This document shows positions 17,104-26,597 of a stretch of DNA of 36,147 nt, one piece after another. The translations under genes were made by a program, and so were the position numbers. How positions within the stretch are numbered: the stretch's first letter is position 1; each line of letters begins with the position of its first letter. The notes under the pieces were generated by a model. That model did no database searches. It was not told the origin of the DNA and saw only the letters and a program-made list of their open reading frames with translations. The DNA is from Bacteroidota bacterium (lineage in GTDB: Bacteria > Bacteroidota > Bacteroidia > Flavobacteriales > Flavobacteriaceae), in NCBI GenBank assembly GCA_043779445.1, contig JAYWEG010000087.1, positions 1 through 36,147 on the forward strand. The letters run 5' to 3'.

Positions 17104-18033
17104 ATGAAAAATAAATTCAACCAATACATACAAAATCTTCAAGATCAAATCTGTAACGGATTAGAAGCTGTCGAAAGCAAAGTCAAATTTCGACAAGACA
17201 TTTGGACTCGTCCAGAAGGTGGCGGCGGACGAACACGCGTGATTGAAAACGGAAATGTAATCGAAAAAGGCGGAGTAAATATTTCAGCAGTTCACGGAAA
17301 ATTACCAGATTCGATGCAGAAAATGTTTAATGTTGGAGAAGCCGATTTTTTTGCCTGCGGATTGAGTTTGGTGATTCATCCAAAAAATCCAATGGCACCA
17401 ACAGTTCATGCCAATTGGCGGTATTTTGAAATGTATAACGACAAAGGCGAAATTATTAATCAGTGGTTTGGAGGAGGACAAGATTTGACACCTTATTATT
17501 TATTTGAAGAAGATGCCATTCATTTTCATCAAACTTGTAAATTGGCTTGCGACAAACACAATCCAGAGTTTTATCCAAAATATAAAAAACAATGCGACGA
17601 TTATTTTTGGAACGCTCACAGAAACGAAGCTCGTGGAATTGGCGGATTGTTCTTCGATTATTGCAAAGACACGAGCAATAGCGAACTGGCGAAGCAAACA
17701 GAAGACATGAAAATTGGAGATTGGTACCATTTTGTAACCGAAGTTGGAAATAGTTTCCTAGATGCATACATTCCAATTTTAGAAAAAAGAAAAGATTTAC
17801 CCTATACTCCAACACAAAAAACTTGGCAAGAAATCCGTCGTGGTCGTTATGTAGAATTTAATTTGGTTCATGACAAAGGCACTCTTTTTGGACTCAAAAC
17901 CAACGGACGAATAGAAAGTATTTTGATGTCTTTACCACCAAATGTGCAATGGGTTTATGACCATCATCCAGTTTCCGGAAGCGAAGAAGAAAAATTAATT
18001 AAAGTTTTAGAAAAACCAATAGATTGGGTTTAA
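17104..18033 (+). CDS. hemF: Oxygen-dependent coproporphyrinogen III oxidase
   Basis: EKGGVNIS, HPKNP, HANWRYF, WFGGGQDLTP, RGIGGLFFD, RRGRYVEFNL. Confidence 0.98.
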   Translation: MKNKFNQYIQNLQDQICNGLEAVESKVKFRQDIWTRPEGGGGRTRVIENGNVIEKGGVNISAVHGKLPDSMQKMFNVGEADFFACGLSLVIHPKNPMAPTVHANWRYFEMYNDKGEIINQWFGGGQDLTPYYLFEEDAIHFHQTCKLACDKHNPEFYPKYKKQCDDYFWNAHRNEARGIGGLFFDYCKDTSNSELAKQTEDMKIGDWYHFVTEVGNSFLDAYIPILEKRKDLPYTPTQKTWQEIRRGRYVEFNLVHDKGTLFGLKTNGRIESILMSLPPNVQWVYDHHPVSGSEEEKLIKVLEKPIDWV

Positions 18034-18051
18034 GCGCAAAGCAAAACAACG

Positions 18052-18081
18052 TTAAACCTTAAACTTTTAAACAATTTAAAC
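18052..18081 (+). repeat. Short tandem repeat (TTAAAC x4, 7-9 nt period)
   Basis: ttaaacc-ttaaactt-ttaaacaat-ttaaac between hemF and hemB. Confidence 0.55.
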
Positions 18082-18089
18082 AACATATT

Positions 18090-19088
18090 ATGTTCCCACT
18101 ACAAAGAGGAAGAAGATTAAGAACTAATGAATCAATTCGTTCTTTAGTTCGTGAAACCACATTAAGTCCAAAAGATTTCATGTTCCCGATGTTCATCACA
18201 GAAGGCGAAAATATAAAAATAGAAATTCCTTCTATGGTCGGAATTTATCGTCGTTCAATCGATTTAACCGTCGAAGAAGTTAAAGAAATTTTCGAACTAG
18301 GAATTCGTGCGATAAATATTTATGTAAAAGTAGATGAATCCCTAAAAGATAATACCGGAAAAGAAGCCTGGAATCCAGAAGGATTAATGCAAAGAGCTAT
18401 AAAAGCAATCAAAGCAGCCTGTCCAGAAATGATAGTTATGCCAGATGTGGCGTTAGATCCATATTCAATTTTTGGTCACGACGGAATCATCGAAAACGGA
18501 GATATTGCCAACGATGCAACCAACAAAGCCTTAGTAAAAATGGCAGTTTCTCACGCACAAGCTGGAGCCGATTTTGTTGCGCCAAGCGACATGATGGACG
18601 GACGAGTTCTACGTTTACGTCAAGGTTTAGACGCTGCAGGTTACGAAAATGTGGGAATTATGAGTTATTCTGCTAAATATGCATCCGCTTTTTATGGACC
18701 ATTTCGTGATGCTTTAGACAGTGCGCCAGTAGACTTGATGGAAATTCCGAAAGACAAAAAAACCTATCAAATGGATTATGCCAACCGCATCGAAGCTATC
18801 AAAGAAGCACTTATGGATGTCGAAGAAGGTGCCGATATGGTTATGGTAAAACCAGGAATTGCCTATCTTGATATTGTTCGCGAAGTCAAAAACGCGGTGA
18901 ATGTTCCTGTAACTGTTTTTCATGTTTCGGGCGAATACGCCATGATAAAAGCTGCTTCCGAAAGAGGTTGGCTGGATCAGGACAAGATTATGATGGAGCA
19001 ATTAATGTGTATTAAAAGAGCGGGCGCAAGCCTAATTTCGACATATTTTGCTAAAGAAGCAGCTGTAATTTTAAATCAACAATCATGA
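18090..19088 (+). CDS. hemB: Porphobilinogen synthase (ALA dehydratase), Asp-rich non-zinc type
   Basis: DVALDPYSIFGHDG, APSDMMDGR, YSAKYASAFYGPFRDA, MVKPG. Confidence 0.98.
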   Translation: MFPLQRGRRLRTNESIRSLVRETTLSPKDFMFPMFITEGENIKIEIPSMVGIYRRSIDLTVEEVKEIFELGIRAINIYVKVDESLKDNTGKEAWNPEGLMQRAIKAIKAACPEMIVMPDVALDPYSIFGHDGIIENGDIANDATNKALVKMAVSHAQAGADFVAPSDMMDGRVLRLRQGLDAAGYENVGIMSYSAKYASAFYGPFRDALDSAPVDLMEIPKDKKTYQMDYANRIEAIKEALMDVEEGADMVMVKPGIAYLDIVREVKNAVNVPVTVFHVSGEYAMIKAASERGWLDQDKIMMEQLMCIKRAGASLISTYFAKEAAVILNQQS

Positions 19089-19453
19089 AAAAAATATTTT
19101 TTTTATTCACAATTATAATCCTTTTTTCTTGCAAAAATCAAGAAACCAAAACTGTCGAAAGTGCAACAAACCAAACTCCAATTGAACTCGGAAAAAAATT
19201 ATTCGAAGGAAAAGGAAATTGTGTGGCTTGTCATTTAGTCAATCAAAAAGTCATTGGGCCTAGCATTCAGGAAATGGCAAAAATTTACAAAGAAAAAAAT
19301 GGAAACATCGTCGATTTTCTAAAAAACGATGCCAAACCAATTGTCGATCCTAGTCAATATGAGGTCATGAAAACTAATTTCACGATTACAAAAGCAATGT
19401 CTGATAACGAATTGAAAGCATTAGAATTATATATTTTGAGCAATTCAAAATAA
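19085..19453 (+). CDS. Monoheme class I cytochrome c lipoprotein
   Basis: LFSC lipobox, CVACH heme motif, IGPS, distal Met; ATGA overlap with hemB. Confidence 0.9.
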   Translation: MKKIFFLFTIIILFSCKNQETKTVESATNQTPIELGKKLFEGKGNCVACHLVNQKVIGPSIQEMAKIYKEKNGNIVDFLKNDAKPIVDPSQYEVMKTNFTITKAMSDNELKALELYILSNSK

Positions 19454-19493
19454 AAACTTTTGTTCTTTGTTCAAACCTTATAACCTTTGTGGT

Positions 19494-19501
19494 TAAATTT
19501 G
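19494..19501 (+). promoter_or_regulatory. -7 element (TAAATTTG) for ogt, likely near-leaderless transcript
   Basis: Exact match only 4 nt before the ATG. Confidence 0.55.
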
Positions 19502-19505
19502 TAAT

Positions 19506-19976
19506 ATGGAAACTTGCTTTATAAAATCACCATTAGGAATCACAAAAATAGAAGGTGATGAAAACGGAATTTCAGTAATTTCTATTTTGTCGGAAGGCGA
19601 ATTGACAATCGAAATTCCTGAAAACCTCAAAGAAGCTGTCAATCAACTCCACGACTATTTCGATGGAAAAAGAACCAATTTTACTTTTAAAATCAACCCT
19701 AAAGGCACTGATTTTCAACAAAAAGTCTGGCAAGAATTAACAAATATTCCTTTCGGGAAAACCATGTCTTATATGGATTTAGCCAAAAAACTTGGAGATC
19801 CAAAAGTCATTCGTGCAGCAGCAACGGCAAACGGAAAAAATCCACTTTGGATCGTTGTTCCTTGTCATCGTGTAATTGGAGCTGACGGGTCACTTACGGG
19901 TTATGCTGGCGGTTTGTGGCGCAAAAAATGGTTGTTGGAGCATGAAAATCCAACAAATCAACAAAGTTTATTTTAA
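19506..19976 (+). CDS. ogt: Methylated-DNA--protein-cysteine S-methyltransferase
   Basis: GTDFQQKVW, IPFGKTMSY, VPCHRVIG active site. Confidence 0.96.
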   Translation: METCFIKSPLGITKIEGDENGISVISILSEGELTIEIPENLKEAVNQLHDYFDGKRTNFTFKINPKGTDFQQKVWQELTNIPFGKTMSYMDLAKKLGDPKVIRAAATANGKNPLWIVVPCHRVIGADGSLTGYAGGLWRKKWLLEHENPTNQQSLF

Positions 19977-20063
19977 GATAGACTTCTTAGATTTTAAGAA
20001 ATTTAGACTATCTTAGACTTTTAAAAATTAAAGTTTTGACAACTCAAATCTAAGAAATCCAAA
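19974..20063. repeat. Inverted arrays of about 8-nt repeats (TTAGAy x5 vs TCTAA)
   Basis: tagacttc-ttagattt-taagaaat-ttagacta-tcttagac ... aaatctaagaaatccaaat. Confidence 0.55.
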
Positions 20064-20066
20064 TTT

Positions 20067-20780
20067 ATGATTGAAAAAATAAACCTCAATAATATTCTAT
20101 TTCTTGATATAGAAACCGTTCCGCTAGAAGAAAATTTTAATTTGCTTGATGATGACATGAAGCAACTTTGGGAACACAAAACCCAATACCAACGCAAGGA
20201 AGAATTTACTTGCGAGGAATTTTACGATCGAGCTGGAATTTGGGCTGAGTTTGGTAAAATTGTATGCATTTCGGTGGGCTATTTTACAATAAAAGGTGAT
20301 ATTCGAAACTTTAGAGTTACGAGTTTTTTTGGTGACGAAAATAAAATTCTACATGATTTTATCAATCTTTTAAATAATCATTTCAACCAACCGCAACATG
20401 TTTTGTGTGGACATAATGCCAAGGAATTTGATATCCCGTTTATTGCTCGACGAATGATTATCAACAACATTGCGATTCCAAACAAACTCAATTTGTTTGG
20501 GAAAAAACCTTGGGAAATCCCACATTTAGATACTTTAGAACTATGGAAATTTGGCGATTACAAACATTATACTTCCTTGAAATTGATGTGTAAAGTTCTC
20601 GGAATCCCATCATCTAAAGGTGATATTGATGGTTCGCAAGTGGGTCATGTTTTTTATGTCAAAAAAGATATTGACAGAATTGTCACGTATTGCGAAAAAG
20701 ATACCATTGCAGTGGCTCAAATTTTCTTGCGCTTGCGAAGAGAAGATTTATTGATTGAAGAAGAAATTATTCATGTGTAG
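20067..20780 (+). CDS. Stand-alone PolB-related 3'-5' exonuclease (DEDDy)
   Basis: LDIET (Exo I), GHNAKEFDIP (Exo II), YCEKD (Exo III). Confidence 0.9.
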   Translation: MIEKINLNNILFLDIETVPLEENFNLLDDDMKQLWEHKTQYQRKEEFTCEEFYDRAGIWAEFGKIVCISVGYFTIKGDIRNFRVTSFFGDENKILHDFINLLNNHFNQPQHVLCGHNAKEFDIPFIARRMIINNIAIPNKLNLFGKKPWEIPHLDTLELWKFGDYKHYTSLKLMCKVLGIPSSKGDIDGSQVGHVFYVKKDIDRIVTYCEKDTIAVAQIFLRLRREDLLIEEEIIHV

Positions 20781-20896
20781 CCTTTTTATCTTCGCCGAAT
20801 TTTTTTGGAATGATAACGAGATCGGCTTAAATCTGGCCTGAGCGTGCGAACTGACGAAGTAAATAAAAAATATTACATTAGCAAAAAATTGACAAT

Positions 20897-22339
20897 ATGG
20901 TATTAAGTAGATTTTGGTTAGCGATTTTCATTTCGTCAATTGCATTTATAGTTGTAAGCCTTTTTGTGGGCAGTAATTATACGATTGATTTTATGTTGAA
21001 CGGCAAAAAAGACGATCCTATTTTGATTTCTGAAAAATATTTAGAACAATTGCCAAAATTTGTCCGTGACAGTATTGATATGGCTCCAGACAAAACGATG
21101 ATTATTAACAAAGTCGAAACTAATCCTGATACGACATATGTTTATAAAAATAAAACGGTAAAAATTTTTAGTGGCGTTCAAAAATCTGATGGATTGCTGC
21201 CAACTTGCAAAACGAGTTTGTTCGATTTGATTTTGCCATTGATTGCCTATTTAGCCTTTTTCTGTGGAATCATGCAACTTTTGATTGACTCTGGCGCAGC
21301 CGAAAAATTATCTAAATTTTTGAGTCCTGTTTTCGTGAAAATCTTTCCAACGATTCCCAAAAACCACGAATCGATATCGTACATGACCTTGAATTTTGCT
21401 GCAAATTTCTTGGGATTGGATTCCGCAGCAACACCGTTTGGACTAAGAGCAATGCAAAGTTTGCAGGAATTGAATCCTGAAAAAGACAAGGCAAGTGATG
21501 CCCAAATTATGTTTATGTGTCTGCACGCTGCGGGCTTGACCTTGATTCCGACTTCGATAATTGGTTATCGCGCTGCAGAAAATGCTGCCAATCCTGCGGA
21601 TGTAATGTTACCTTGCATAATCACATCGTTCGTGGGAACAATTGCTGCTTTTATTATAGTTGGAATTCGTCAGAAAATTAATTTCAGGAGTGCTTCGTTG
21701 CTCATTGGATTAATGACTTTGATTGCCGCAATTGTTGGGTTATTATTCTATATTAATACTTTGGATTTAATCGGAAAAAACTTTTTCACCTCAAATTTAT
21801 CTGGATTGATGTTGGTTGCAATAATTGCTTTTACGTTGGTTTTTTCGTTCATTCATGAAAAGAAATTTACTGCAATAAATACAACCATTTTTGATGCTTT
21901 TGTCATTGGAGCACAAAACGGCTTGCAAACTGGAGTAAAGATTTTTCCTTATGTTTTGGGAATGTTGGTGGCAATTTCGTTTTTCAGAAATAGTGGATTA
22001 TTTGAGATCATTAGTAATGGGCTTTCGTTTATTTTTGCCAGTATTGGTGTAAATTCTGAAATTACAAATTCGTTACCTGTTGCTATGCTTCGTCCTTTTA
22101 GTTCTGGTGGTTCACGAGGTTTTATGATCGATTCGATGAAAACTTTTGGAGTCGATTCGTTGACTGGTCGATTGAGTTGTATTTTCCAGTGTAGCGCTGA
22201 AACTACATTTTATGTAATTGCTGTTTACTTTGGTTCAATCAACATCAAAAACACACGTTATACTTTAATGACGATGCTTTTGGTCGATTTAATTTGTGTG
22301 ATTACAGCGATTTTGGTAGCAAGTTGGTTTTTTGTATAG
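20897..22339 (+). CDS. Nucleoside-recognition (gate) domain membrane protein, SpmA-SpmB fusion
   Basis: NFAANFLGLDSAATPFGLRAM (SpmA) and LRPFSSGGS, SAETTFYVIAVYFG (SpmB). Confidence 0.92.
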   Translation: MVLSRFWLAIFISSIAFIVVSLFVGSNYTIDFMLNGKKDDPILISEKYLEQLPKFVRDSIDMAPDKTMIINKVETNPDTTYVYKNKTVKIFSGVQKSDGLLPTCKTSLFDLILPLIAYLAFFCGIMQLLIDSGAAEKLSKFLSPVFVKIFPTIPKNHESISYMTLNFAANFLGLDSAATPFGLRAMQSLQELNPEKDKASDAQIMFMCLHAAGLTLIPTSIIGYRAAENAANPADVMLPCIITSFVGTIAAFIIVGIRQKINFRSASLLIGLMTLIAAIVGLLFYINTLDLIGKNFFTSNLSGLMLVAIIAFTLVFSFIHEKKFTAINTTIFDAFVIGAQNGLQTGVKIFPYVLGMLVAISFFRNSGLFEIISNGLSFIFASIGVNSEITNSLPVAMLRPFSSGGSRGFMIDSMKTFGVDSLTGRLSCIFQCSAETTFYVIAVYFGSINIKNTRYTLMTMLLVDLICVITAILVASWFFV

Positions 22340-22363
22340 TTAATAATAAAAATTTTATATTAC

Positions 22364-22813
22364 ATGTCAAATATTTTCAACCCAAACGACAATCAAGAAA
22401 TTCTTAATAGAATAGAAAAACTAACTCCTAATTCTCAAAGACTTTGGGGCAAAATGTCGGTTTCACAGATGTTGGAACATTGTCAAAAGCCATTGGAAGT
22501 TGCCACAGGAAGTTTAGAATTAAAACGAAGTTTTATTGGGTTTCTATTTGGTAAAATAGCTAAAAAAGTTTTTTTAGGCAACAAACCACTTTCTAAAAAC
22601 ATGCCAACGGTTAGAGATTTTATCATAAAAACGGATGCCGATTTTGAAACTCAAAAATCAATTTTGGTAAATTTTGTCGTTGATTTTGGTAAAAAAGGTG
22701 CATCAATAATTTCTCTAAAAACACATCCTTTTTTTGGTGAAATGACACTAGACGAATGGGGAATATTAACATACAGACATTTAGACCATCATTTAAAACA
22801 GTTTGGGATTTGA
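22364..22813 (+). CDS. DUF1569 family protein (DinB-like)
   Basis: WGKMSVSQMLEHC, HPFFGEM, HLDHHLKQFG. Confidence 0.9.
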   Translation: MSNIFNPNDNQEILNRIEKLTPNSQRLWGKMSVSQMLEHCQKPLEVATGSLELKRSFIGFLFGKIAKKVFLGNKPLSKNMPTVRDFIIKTDADFETQKSILVNFVVDFGKKGASIISLKTHPFFGEMTLDEWGILTYRHLDHHLKQFGI

Positions 22814-22829
22814 AAAAAAATCCTAAATT

Positions 22830-23786
22830 CTAAAAAACTTCTTTTGCAATGGCTCTAATATTATCTGGTTTTCCCATAGAATAATAATGCAATGCAGAAA
22901 ATCCTTCTGTAACAATTTCTTTACTTTGTTGCACGCACCACTCAATTCCAATTTGTTTTACTGCGTCATTATCTTTTGCTTTTACAACAGCCATAATCAA
23001 ATCATCGGGTAATTCTAATGAAAATCGATGTGGAATTAGATTCAATTGTTTTTTGGTCGCAATGGGCTTCAATCCAGGAATTATTGGAATTGTAATTCCT
23101 GCTGCGCGACATTTGTTAACAAAATCAAAGAATTTTTTGTTATCAAAAAACATTTGAGTAATAATGTATTCAGCTCCGTTTTTGATTTTTTGCTTTAAGA
23201 AATGAATGTCAGAATCCAAACTTGGTGCTTCCATGTGTTTTTCGGGATACGCCGAAACGCCAATACAAAAATTAGTTTCAGCCGAATTTTGTAAGTCTTC
23301 ATCTAAATAAATTCCTTTGTTTAGATTGGCAATTTGCAAAACCAAATCCGAAGCATACTCGTTTCCTGCTTTTTCGGGCTTGAAATAGGTTTCGGTTTTA
23401 AGCGCATCGCCTCGCAAAGCCACCACATTATCAATACCAAGAAAATCTAAATCAATCAATAAATTTTCGGTATCTTCTTTATTAAATCCACCACAAAGTA
23501 TATGTGGAATTGCATCAACAGGATATTTATTTTGAATTGCAGCGCAAATTCCGACAGTGCCAGGTCGTTTTTTTACGATTTTCTTTTCTAATAATCCGCT
23601 CGGTAATTCCTTATATTCGTATTCTTCACGATGATATGTTACATCAATAAATGGCGGATTGAATTCCATTAACGGATCGATACTATCAAAAATAGATTGA
23701 ATATTTTGTCCTTTTAATGGTGGCAATATTTCGAACGAAAAAAGTGGTTTTCCGTTGGCGTCTTCTATGTGTTGTGTTACTTTCAT
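22830..23786 (-). CDS. metF: Methylenetetrahydrofolate reductase
   Basis: FSFEILPP, VVALRGD, AYPEKH, IITQMFFD. Confidence 0.96.
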   Translation of the reverse strand: MKVTQHIEDANGKPLFSFEILPPLKGQNIQSIFDSIDPLMEFNPPFIDVTYHREEYEYKELPSGLLEKKIVKKRPGTVGICAAIQNKYPVDAIPHILCGGFNKEDTENLLIDLDFLGIDNVVALRGDALKTETYFKPEKAGNEYASDLVLQIANLNKGIYLDEDLQNSAETNFCIGVSAYPEKHMEAPSLDSDIHFLKQKIKNGAEYIITQMFFDNKKFFDFVNKCRAAGITIPIIPGLKPIATKKQLNLIPHRFSLELPDDLIMAVVKAKDNDAVKQIGIEWCVQQSKEIVTEGFSALHYYSMGKPDNIRAIAKEVF

Positions 23787-23793
23787 TTAGTTT

Positions 23794-23860
23794 GTCTTGA
23801 TGTCTTAATTTCTTAACGTCCAATGTCCGATAAGACTTTATGACTTGTACATTAGCACAA
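23794..23860. repeat. Degenerate 7-8 nt tandem repeats between metH and metF
   Basis: gtcttgat-gtcttaat-ttcttaac-gtccaat-gtccgat, then aagacttt-atgacttg. Confidence 0.5.
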
Positions 23861-23863
23861 TTA

Positions 23864-26539
23864 TTAATCTGCAATATTCGGCGCAAGCCATTTCATTGCC
23901 TTTTCTGTTGAAATCCCTCTTCGTTTGGCATAATCAATGACTTGATCTTCTTTTATTTTTCCGAGTCCGAAATATTTACTTTCTGGATGTCCAAAATAAT
24001 ATCCTGACACAGATGATGTTGGCCACATTGCCATACTTTCAGTTAATGTTACTCCAATTTCTTCTTCAACATTCAACAATTTAAAGATGGTTGGTTTTTC
24101 TAAATGGTCTGGACACGCAGGATATCCTGGTGCTGGACGAATTCCTTTGTATTCTTCTTTAATTAAATCTTGGTTTGATAAATTTTCTTCAGAGGCATAG
24201 CCCCAAATTTCTTTTCGAATTTTTAGATGCAAATATTCGGCAAATGCTTCGGCAAAACGATCGCCCAATGCTTTGATTAAAATCGAATTATAATCATCTA
24301 ATTGTTTTTCAAATTCCAATGCTTTTTCGTCCACTCCAAAACCCGTTGTTACACAAAAACAGCCCATATAATCTTGAATACCAGAATCTTTTGGTGCAAT
24401 AAAATCGGATAACGCAATGTTTGGTGCTCCTGCAGTTTTTTGTGATTGTTGTCTTAGCGTAATCAAGTTCAAAGCCCCTCCTTCGGCGGGGTTGGGGAGG
24501 ATTATATCATCATCATTTACTGTATTCGCCTCAAAAATTCCAAAAACGCCTTTGGCAGTCAACCATTTTTCTTCTAATAATTGTTTCAACATTTTTTGTG
24601 CATCTGCAAAAACGGCTGTTGCTTGTTCACCAACAACTTCATCGGTTAGAATTGCTGGATATTTTCCAAACAATTCCCATGATTGAAAAAATGGTGTCCA
24701 ATCGATAAAATCTACTAAATCTACTAAATCAACTTCGATGCTTTTTGTTCCAATAAAATTTGGTTTTATGGGTTTATAATTTTTCCAATCGAGTTTTAAT
24801 TTATTTTTACGGGCTTCTTCAATCGATAAGAAATTTTTATCGCGACTTCTACTTAAATAACCTTCTCGAAGTTTATCATATTCTGCTCGAATGTTCTTTT
24901 TGTATTCAATATTTGCATTTTTTTGCATCAAATTACTAGCGCCAGCCACTGCTTTTGAAGCATCTGTTGTATGTAAAACCGTAAATGGATATTCGGGTGC
25001 AATCTTAACAGCGGTATGCGCTCGTGAGGTTGTTGCGCCACCAACCATCAACGGAATTGTCATTTTATTACGAGCCATTTCTTTGGCTAAATAAACCATT
25101 TCGTCCAACGAAGGCGTGATTAATCCGCTTAAAGCGATGATGTCAACGTTGTGTTTTATGGCTTCAGCAATAATTTTTTCTGGCGGAACCATAACTCCTA
25201 AATCAATCATTTCGAAGTTGTTACAAGCCATAACGACTGATACAATATTTTTTCCGATATCGTGAACATCGCCTTTTACGGTTGCGATTAAAATTTTTCC
25301 ATTCGAAGATGAAGTCGTCGAATCTTTTTCTGCTTCAATAAAAGGTAAAAGATGCGCCACTGCTTTTTTCATTACACGTGCCGATTTTACAACCTGTGGC
25401 AAAAACATTTTTCCCGAACCAAATAAATCACCAACAACTGACATTCCTGCCATTAAATGAATTTCAATTACATCTATCGCTTTGGCTGATAATTGTCTCG
25501 CTTCTTCGACATCTTCTTCAATAAATTCGTCGATTCCTTTTACTAATGAATGAATTAATCTTTCTTGAAAACTGTCATTTCTCCATAAAGCGATTTCTTT
25601 TTCATTGATTTTGAAATCACCTTTGAAACTCTCGGCTAAATCTAACAGTCTTTCGGTGGCGTCATCACGACGATTTAGTAAAACATCTTCAACGTGTTCT
25701 AATAAAGTTTTATCGATTTCATCATAAATTTCTAACATTTCTGGGTTTACAATTCCCATGGTCATCCCGTTTTGAATGGCATGGTACAAAAATGCGGAAT
25801 GCATCGCTTCTCGAACTTTATCGTTGCCACGAAATGAAAACGAAATATTACTTACGCCACCAGAAATATGTGCATAAGGCAAATTTTCACGAATCCATTT
25901 GGTAGCTCTAAAGAAATCCAAGGCATTCAATTTGTGTTCGTCCATTCCTGTTGCAACAGGAAAAATATTGGGATCAAAAATAATATCTTGGGCTGGGAAA
26001 CCAACTTTGTAAATCAAAATATCATAACTTCTTTTGCAAATTTCGATACGTCGTTTGTAATTATCTGCTTGACCGTTTTCGTCAAATGCCATAACAATTA
26101 CTGCTGCACCATAACGTTTGACCAATTTGGCATGATGTATAAATTGTGCTTCGCCTTCTTTTAAAGAAATGGAATTCACAACCGATTTGCCTTGAACGAC
26201 TTTTAATCCAGCTTCGATAATTTCCCATTTGGAACTGTCAATCATTATTGGAACGCGAGAAATATCTGGTTCAGAGGCAATTAGATTTAGAAATTTTGTC
26301 ATGGCATAAACACCGTCGAGCATTCCTTCATCCATATTAATATCGATGATTTGAGCACCACCTTCGACTTGATCTCGAGCTACAGAAAGTGCCTCGTCGT
26401 ACTTTTCTTCTTTTATTAATCGAAGGAATTTTCGTGAACCAGTAACGTTTGTTCTTTCTCCAACGTTAACAAAATTTGTTTCTGGGGTTATCGTTAATGG
26501 TTCGAGACCAGAAAGTTGTAAATATTTTTTTTCTGACAT
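23864..26539 (-). CDS. metH: Cobalamin-dependent methionine synthase: pterin, B12-binding and reactivation domains
   Basis: [57 protein letters not shown]. Confidence 0.97.
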   Translation of the reverse strand: MSEKKYLQLSGLEPLTITPETNFVNVGERTNVTGSRKFLRLIKEEKYDEALSVARDQVEGGAQIIDINMDEGMLDGVYAMTKFLNLIASEPDISRVPIMIDSSKWEIIEAGLKVVQGKSVVNSISLKEGEAQFIHHAKLVKRYGAAVIVMAFDENGQADNYKRRIEICKRSYDILIYKVGFPAQDIIFDPNIFPVATGMDEHKLNALDFFRATKWIRENLPYAHISGGVSNISFSFRGNDKVREAMHSAFLYHAIQNGMTMGIVNPEMLEIYDEIDKTLLEHVEDVLLNRRDDATERLLDLAESFKGDFKINEKEIALWRNDSFQERLIHSLVKGIDEFIEEDVEEARQLSAKAIDVIEIHLMAGMSVVGDLFGSGKMFLPQVVKSARVMKKAVAHLLPFIEAEKDSTTSSSNGKILIATVKGDVHDIGKNIVSVVMACNNFEMIDLGVMVPPEKIIAEAIKHNVDIIALSGLITPSLDEMVYLAKEMARNKMTIPLMVGGATTSRAHTAVKIAPEYPFTVLHTTDASKAVAGASNLMQKNANIEYKKNIRAEYDKLREGYLSRSRDKNFLSIEEARKNKLKLDWKNYKPIKPNFIGTKSIEVDLVDLVDFIDWTPFFQSWELFGKYPAILTDEVVGEQATAVFADAQKMLKQLLEEKWLTAKGVFGIFEANTVNDDDIILPNPAEGGALNLITLRQQSQKTAGAPNIALSDFIAPKDSGIQDYMGCFCVTTGFGVDEKALEFEKQLDDYNSILIKALGDRFAEAFAEYLHLKIRKEIWGYASEENLSNQDLIKEEYKGIRPAPGYPACPDHLEKPTIFKLLNVEEEIGVTLTESMAMWPTSSVSGYYFGHPESKYFGLGKIKEDQVIDYAKRRGISTEKAMKWLAPNIAD
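24473..24500. repeat. GC-rich REP-like hairpin in frame within metH
   Basis: AGCCCCTCC-TTC-GGCGGGGTT-GGGGAGG, a sharp GC spike encoding LPNPAEGGA in a variable loop. Confidence 0.6.
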
Positions 26540-26553
26540 TTATTTATTATTCT

Positions 26554-26586
26554 AACCCTGTCAGGGTTTTGAACCCTGACAGGGTT
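26554..26586. repeat. Perfect 15-bp inverted repeat with self-palindromic arms
   Basis: AACCCTGTCAGGGTT-ttg-AACCCTGACAGGGTT between the two metH halves. Confidence 0.85.
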
Positions 26587-26597
26587 GTTTTTTATAT

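Noticed and set aside
11415-19088. Absence of hemL, hemG/Y/J and hemH as an incomplete pathway
   Set aside because: These genes are commonly encoded elsewhere; cannot be judged from one window.
22802-22826. Hairpin between the DUF1569 gene and metF as a terminator
   Set aside because: Weak AT-rich stem overlapping the stop codon; not confident enough to call.
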